64,000 nucleotides of DNA, from the sequence record NC_070992.1; one strand, given 5' to 3'. Numbering within the stretch: position 1 is the stretch's first letter; each line of letters starts with the position of its first letter. The notes under the pieces are model-generated. The model was given only the letters and a program-made list of their open reading frames with translations. It ran no database searches and was not told the DNA's origin. Shown piece after piece: positions 58,941-64,000 of the stretch. A program made the position numbers and the translations under genes. The stretch comes from Escherichia phage Paul.

Positions 58941-59019
58941 TTTCTAATCCACCTGAAGGGTAAACCCTTTCATCTAATTAACCTTTAAATTGTGCCCCTT
59001 TGCCAGAGGCACCCATTGA

Positions 59020-60123
59020 TTACAGCGCTTGCTCTAACTGATGTTCCAGATGATCTGGAATGTACCCTGTGATGTTATTATCACTGTGACCTGACTCACG
59101 AAGCAAGTCAAAAATAGCACGGATACGTTGTTCTGGTGCAGATCGTACTTGAGACAAGTCAGTTGTACGAAGCATAACCAGAATCTCTTGATATAAGTTG
59201 TTAGCGTTCCCTCGTACATATCCAAGGAATCCATAGAAGTCTGAGATAAGACGTAAGTCAACAAGAACCTCTCCGTTGGAGTTGGTTCGACGTAAACGAA
59301 TACGACCAGACTGTTCTACTTCATGAGAACGACAATACAAAACATCACGGGCCATACAATACCCTGAATGCAAATCCGATTCGTCCAGATTGTAATCCAG
59401 AGGAAGGTAAGGAAGCATTGGGGCAAATCGTACAGTATTTAAATGCTCAATAAACTGATCATTGCTCATCTCTGCGTTATCTAAAGCCAGTTTCTTCAAC
59501 ATCAAGAAGCGGTTAACCAGATTGAGAAGTTGACCACGTTTCCACTTAGGCTCACTGATACGGAACTCAATTGAACCATATTGTGCAAGTGGCAGAAGGT
59601 TCAGGGATGTATACTTATCCCATGAACGAACCAGACGATTGAAGAACTCTTCATCGTCGTAGTTAAATGCGTCAGAGGCATTCATTACCTGTGCTTGTAC
59701 CACTGCAAAAGCAGGGCAGAAGTTGCTACGGTAACGATGATAGCCTGAACACTTGAACAACATCTTTTCATAGAAGGTCCAAGCGAGAATGGTTTTCTTG
59801 AGGATATTACTATCAGCATCCCTCATATCCATATGAACGTGAGTAGAGCAACGCCAAGTCCCCTCGGCGTGCGATTCAGCTACTGCTTCACTCAGGTTGT
59901 TGATAGCGTCTAACAACTCCTGTCCGTTGTAAGGCCGTGAACATACCATTTCACAACCATTACGCAGGGAACCATCCTCTGTACAATCCCACATATCTGC
60001 TTCGATATGGTCGGAGCCTTCGAGTTCTAGTTCGATACCGACACCGCACTGAAGTGCAATTGAACTATGCGCCTCAGTTAAACGACCTTCTCGATATCCA
60101 AAAGTTTGCGCTACAGTTGTCAT
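59020..60123 (-). CDS. glutamine-synthetase-like amidoligase (carboxylate-amine ligase)
   Basis: IELELEG strand, GSLRNGCEMV, STHVHMD, consistent with the GS/GCS-like amidoligase fold. Confidence 0.55.
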   Translation of the reverse strand: MTTVAQTFGYREGRLTEAHSSIALQCGVGIELELEGSDHIEADMWDCTEDGSLRNGCEMVCSRPYNGQELLDAINNLSEAVAESHAEGTWRCSTHVHMDMRDADSNILKKTILAWTFYEKMLFKCSGYHRYRSNFCPAFAVVQAQVMNASDAFNYDDEEFFNRLVRSWDKYTSLNLLPLAQYGSIEFRISEPKWKRGQLLNLVNRFLMLKKLALDNAEMSNDQFIEHLNTVRFAPMLPYLPLDYNLDESDLHSGYCMARDVLYCRSHEVEQSGRIRLRRTNSNGEVLVDLRLISDFYGFLGYVRGNANNLYQEILVMLRTTDLSQVRSAPEQRIRAIFDLLRESGHSDNNITGYIPDHLEHQLEQAL

Positions 60124-60737
60124 AACGAATCCACCAACGTAATATTGTAATTGCTAAGGTTTTCAGAAATGTGATGAAAGTGTTCCAGAAGTCGCATCGG
60201 TTGCTGACCGTAAGAGTCACGAGGTGCTTCCAGATCTACTTGTCCTACCAGTGCACCTTTATAGTGCACCTTACCATCCGTAGGGTTGATGTAAATATAA
60301 CGAGTAACCAATCCTTCGAATTCAGGATTGAACAGACTGTAAACCATCTCTCCAGAGATAGCACGACCAACACCCGGAGCATTTCGAATCTTATTACCCA
60401 TTAAGCCCTTTGCTCTCTGGCGAACAGGGTTAATATGAGTCCAGCTTACAGTGTTACCGTTATGGAACAGATAACCAACGTCAGGTGATTCAAGAATTAA
60501 GGTTGGGTCGAACACTGGAATATTCATCGTAGTGTTTCGAAGATTCCCTTGCTCATTCTTGTACCACTGCTCTACAACAAAGTACAGAGCCTGTTCTGCT
60601 TCGTGAGAGAAGTCATCACTGCGGAAGTTACCGCTCTGCTCAACACCAATCACAAAACATGGAAGGTTGATACTACCTGCTCGTTTAGCAATCCATGTAC
60701 CATTATAGTAATGAGAAAAATCAGCTACTAAGCTCAC
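60120..60737 (-). CDS. hypothetical protein (205 aa), cluster member
   Basis: ORF overlapping neighbours by 4 nt; no motif recognised. Confidence 0.35.
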   Translation of the reverse strand: MSLVADFSHYYNGTWIAKRAGSINLPCFVIGVEQSGNFRSDDFSHEAEQALYFVVEQWYKNEQGNLRNTTMNIPVFDPTLILESPDVGYLFHNGNTVSWTHINPVRQRAKGLMGNKIRNAPGVGRAISGEMVYSLFNPEFEGLVTRYIYINPTDGKVHYKGALVGQVDLEAPRDSYGQQPMRLLEHFHHISENLSNYNITLVDSL

Positions 60738-60746
60738 GATAACCTC

Positions 60747-61553
60747 TTATGCTACCTGAAGGAGTTTGATCTGCTGGTCCGCTTCTTTAACGTTGTTGCC
60801 GTTAATGATTTCATGAAGCTTCTCAATCGGAAGGCGAGAGTGTAATGCCATCAGAGTGGACATATCGCACTGCTGAACAACCTTGTCAACCTGATCGTAA
60901 ACAAACTTACGGTTTTCACGATCACTAATCCAGAAGTTAGACAGTGAACGGTATTCAATACCATAGTCTTTATAACGGATTGCAGATGCTTTGCCATAGA
61001 GTTCTTTACGGCGAGTATCTTTGTCCATAATAACTGCTGGAAGTGACAGGAAGTAATCACACAGCACACCCAACATCATCTGAGTTTGCAGAGTGATATC
61101 CAAAGCACCAACCACACCAAGATGTACGTGACCACCGGCAGTACGAAGTCCCTTATTCTGAGAAGTCGGGGATGGATTCTTCTGACCAGTGAAGGCGTTG
61201 AAATCAGGAGTGCACCCGAAGATGAACGCTGATTCGTTGAAAGTTTTCATCTCTTCTTCAGTGAAGATGTGAGAGCTAACACCCGGAGCAGTTTCCATGT
61301 CCAGTTTGTTCAGGACATTATTGGTGAGATCGATACCACGTTGCATGTTATCGTTAAACGCTTCAAAACCGCTCTGTGGGTCAATATCAAACTCAGCCAG
61401 TACGTTGTCCTCTTGAAGACGAACATCCTTAGCCAGGGTGATCTTATCGTCCTTAGAACAGCCTAACAGACCAGCCACAGAAGTGATGATGCCATTGCTG
61501 GTACGAACAAACATTTCAGGATCAGAGCCGATAAGGAATTTGCGCTTAGTCAT
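60747..61553 (-). CDS. candidate second COOH-NH2 ligase-like protein (268 aa)
   Basis: FLIGSDPEMF and GGHVHLG resemble the ExE and HxH elements of GS-like ligases; weaker than 59020-60123. Confidence 0.4.
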   Translation of the reverse strand: MTKRKFLIGSDPEMFVRTSNGIITSVAGLLGCSKDDKITLAKDVRLQEDNVLAEFDIDPQSGFEAFNDNMQRGIDLTNNVLNKLDMETAPGVSSHIFTEEEMKTFNESAFIFGCTPDFNAFTGQKNPSPTSQNKGLRTAGGHVHLGVVGALDITLQTQMMLGVLCDYFLSLPAVIMDKDTRRKELYGKASAIRYKDYGIEYRSLSNFWISDRENRKFVYDQVDKVVQQCDMSTLMALHSRLPIEKLHEIINGNNVKEADQQIKLLQVA

Positions 61554-62517
61554 TGTAATACTCCACTAGTTCAGAAAAGAGAGATGAGATTGTGTTACCA
61601 ACTTCTTCAGTAGTAAGGCCAGAACTTGGGCCAGTACGTTGAATTAGTCGGGCTGTAAAGTTTTGTACTATAATGTTTTCCAACTTATTGTCTATTGCTT
61701 CACGTTTGTGACCATGACAGTTGGACCAGAGTCTTAACCACTCTGACATTGTTTCATACTCGTCCGGGTCTTGATCTTTAGCACGAGCAAATCTTCGTAA
61801 GGCATCTTGGTTATGGTTGCGAACATAACCGTCCTTGTTGTCACCAACACCGAAGGGGTTTTGAACCCATACTTGTTTCGTGTATTCATCAGAGTCTACA
61901 ACCAAAGGAAGGAATGCTGCTGCTGACATATTGTTGTTAACAACAATAGAGGTGCTCTCGCTACTCCCATTGGCTCTTCCTCGTTGAGACCACCCACCGA
62001 AGAAGTCACGACCCAACCCAGCTAACACTAGAGCGATTCCGATGCGTTTACGCTTCAGCCACTCTTCCCTGTCTTCAATTCCTTCTGCTAGGAAATCCAT
62101 TCCACGATACTGCCCTTCCAGAATACTGCGGAAAAGCATAAGTCCTGTGAAGATTTGATCTGCTGGATGCTCACGGAGGTTGACAGCAACACTATTCGCT
62201 GAAGTGATCGTAAATACATCACGATAGCAAGACATAGAGTTCATAATGTCTGCTGTTTCAACCAAGTTCTTTTCAATATCAGATGAAACATGACCGTGAA
62301 AAGAGTGAGTCCAGTAATTCAACATCTCCAGTTGCAAGTTGATATCACGGTTGAAACGTCTATAACGTCCTTCTTCCGTGATAACTTCGCCATCAATATC
62401 ATTTACGCATTGGCCTTGCATGTAGTTGTGAATACCGAAGCACCCACGACCTAAGAACTTCTGTTCCCCTAAATCTTGTTGAAGATTCAGAGGTACGATC
62501 GTTGTGGAGATTGACAT
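61546..62517 (-). CDS. hypothetical protein (323 aa), cluster member
   Basis: ORF; no motif recognised. Confidence 0.35.
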   Translation of the reverse strand: MSISTTIVPLNLQQDLGEQKFLGRGCFGIHNYMQGQCVNDIDGEVITEEGRYRRFNRDINLQLEMLNYWTHSFHGHVSSDIEKNLVETADIMNSMSCYRDVFTITSANSVAVNLREHPADQIFTGLMLFRSILEGQYRGMDFLAEGIEDREEWLKRKRIGIALVLAGLGRDFFGGWSQRGRANGSSESTSIVVNNNMSAAAFLPLVVDSDEYTKQVWVQNPFGVGDNKDGYVRNHNQDALRRFARAKDQDPDEYETMSEWLRLWSNCHGHKREAIDNKLENIIVQNFTARLIQRTGPSSGLTTEEVGNTISSLFSELVEYYND

Positions 62518-62527
62518 AACTAACCTT

Positions 62528-63721
62528 TTATTTTCCTAAAAATAATCCGCTCATAACACCATCCCACTCAGAGGATGGAATCACTGAATACTCCGAACTT
62601 TGGTCCAGAATCCCACTACTAAATCGCTGAACAATGTTGTAGATGTTGAACAGGTCTTTAGCCTCGGCACGAATGCCGTAGATTAGCCTGTTAGCTGTTT
62701 TCTCATTTTTAGACACGCGACGGGTAAAGTTAACCAAAAGATTGTCACCTTTAAGTATCTCTGACCCATCTTTTACTAGATCGGGGTGCATCACTGGCAA
62801 GAACATTGAGTTGTTAACTCGCAATTCTGCTGTTTCATCGTTCTCATAATGAATCCACTTAAAGTCTTCATCACGGAAGTGACCACATCCATCTCTGTAC
62901 GACTGCTGACGCCAAGGCACTTGAAATGCTTCAGCGTATTTATCAGCCATACCTACTGTAAACAGCGACGCTGGGAAGATACAAGCATCCCAATCATTAC
63001 CAACCAGAGTTGCTTTCGTTTCGCCCAAGAGGTTAGTGTAAGTGCTAACCATTCGTGAGTAAACATAAGCCTGAAGGATTGTCCAGCCTTCAACCAACCA
63101 TTTATGAAGGAAGGTTTCAACTTGACTCTCTTCATCTTCGCAATAGAAGGTTCGATCTAACATCAAATAGAACAGACAACGATCAGCAGGAACATTCTCA
63201 GTTGCTACCCCCATAAAACCTTTCTCGTGCCAGCGTAAACAGGAGGGACGATCTTTGTCCACAAATGCTTCCATAGCTTCCAGTACAGCACGAGGTGTGG
63301 TTCGATGCTCAGGGTTTTTGTCATTCCAACGTTCAATGTTGTTTTTAAGCTCGCCTTCGTAATCAATAGCACCCCAACCTAAAGCTGCGGATACAGGTTT
63401 TTCATCACGCCAACGTCTAAAACCTAACATCTTCATGTGAGTTCCGGAGTTCCAGATATGCTTGATTTTACACATATCCATTTCTCGACTTAACAGGAAC
63501 TCTTCCCCATCAGCACTACGAACGTTAGCTTCTTCATGCCACACTCGAACGTGCATATTCCACCCATGAGTTGCCTCATACATGTTAGGGTCGAAGTATT
63601 CATCTTCGTCATCATCCTCATCAACGCCACCGTTATAGTTGCGAAGCTGAAGGAACCCATAACAAGGAGGGTTGACCGTTAAAACATTACCTTCAGTATC
63701 TTCTAATGTTACTGGAAACAT
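62528..63721 (-). CDS. hypothetical protein (397 aa), cluster member
   Basis: ORF; acidic N-terminal tract, several Cys; no motif recognised. Confidence 0.35.
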   Translation of the reverse strand: MFPVTLEDTEGNVLTVNPPCYGFLQLRNYNGGVDEDDDEDEYFDPNMYEATHGWNMHVRVWHEEANVRSADGEEFLLSREMDMCKIKHIWNSGTHMKMLGFRRWRDEKPVSAALGWGAIDYEGELKNNIERWNDKNPEHRTTPRAVLEAMEAFVDKDRPSCLRWHEKGFMGVATENVPADRCLFYLMLDRTFYCEDEESQVETFLHKWLVEGWTILQAYVYSRMVSTYTNLLGETKATLVGNDWDACIFPASLFTVGMADKYAEAFQVPWRQQSYRDGCGHFRDEDFKWIHYENDETAELRVNNSMFLPVMHPDLVKDGSEILKGDNLLVNFTRRVSKNEKTANRLIYGIRAEAKDLFNIYNIVQRFSSGILDQSSEYSVIPSSEWDGVMSGLFLGK

Positions 63722-63732
63722 TATACCAACCT

Positions 63733-64000
63733 CTATTGGTTTTTAATCAACTCAATCGACTTACGGATATAAAGAATATCTCGGAAGTTTCTGTAGTTGT
63801 TCATAAATTGGTGCTTCTGGAAAGTAGCTTCTTCCAGAGCTTTCTTTGCTTCTGCGTAGTTTTTACGGGCAAGATGTACAACCCGCTCTGGTAACACATT
63901 TGCATGACGGATGACATACTTGTGAGCTTTCATGTTGCTTTGCTCACGAGTAATCTTACCTTTAGCAACTTTGATACCATTTGCAATCCAAGCAAGTTCT
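63733..64000 (-). CDS. hypothetical protein, 3' part (partial)
   Basis: reading frame open from beyond the window end through the listed 66-aa ORF. Confidence 0.35.
   Translation of the reverse strand, partial: ELAWIANGIKVAKGKITREQSNMKAHKYVIRHANVLPERVVHLARKNYAEAKKALEEATFQKHQFMNNYRNFRDILYIRKSIELIKNQ

Overview
This window looks like a dsDNA tailed-phage genome segment with two convergent modules meeting at a bidirectional terminator near 32.2 kb. The plus strand (0.5-32.2 kb) is a virion/morphogenesis module: terminase large subunit, portal, scaffold, major capsid with an Ig-like extension reachable by a -1 frameshift, tail fibres, GH24 endolysin, and a run of internal/ejection-type proteins. 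The minus strand (32.5-64 kb) is a replication, nucleotide-metabolism and accessory module: HNH endonuclease, 5'-3' exonuclease, ECF-like sigma factor, macrodomain protein, spanin pair, SSB-like protein, family-A DNA polymerase split from its 3'-5' exonuclease, PhoH, ThyX, thioredoxin, Dps-like protein, dCTP deaminase, a pol-beta nucleotidyltransferase and primase-helicase. The most striking content is a 9.6-kb minus-strand block (54.1-63.7 kb) encoding a GGCT-like protein, a RimK-type ATP-grasp ligase, a class-II glutamine amidotransferase that appears to initiate at AUU, one or two glutamine-synthetase-like amidoligases and several proteins with no recognisable motifs; this is my best candidate for an uncharacterised amide-bond-forming modification or tagging system. 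A 9-mer TAATGTATA recurs upstream of operon-initial genes in the coding orientation and may be the promoter element for the phage sigma factor. No rRNA, tRNA, CRISPR array, integrase or phage RNA polymerase was seen. All calls come from reading the sequence and the supplied ORF translations; no database search was run, so family assignments rest on remembered motifs.
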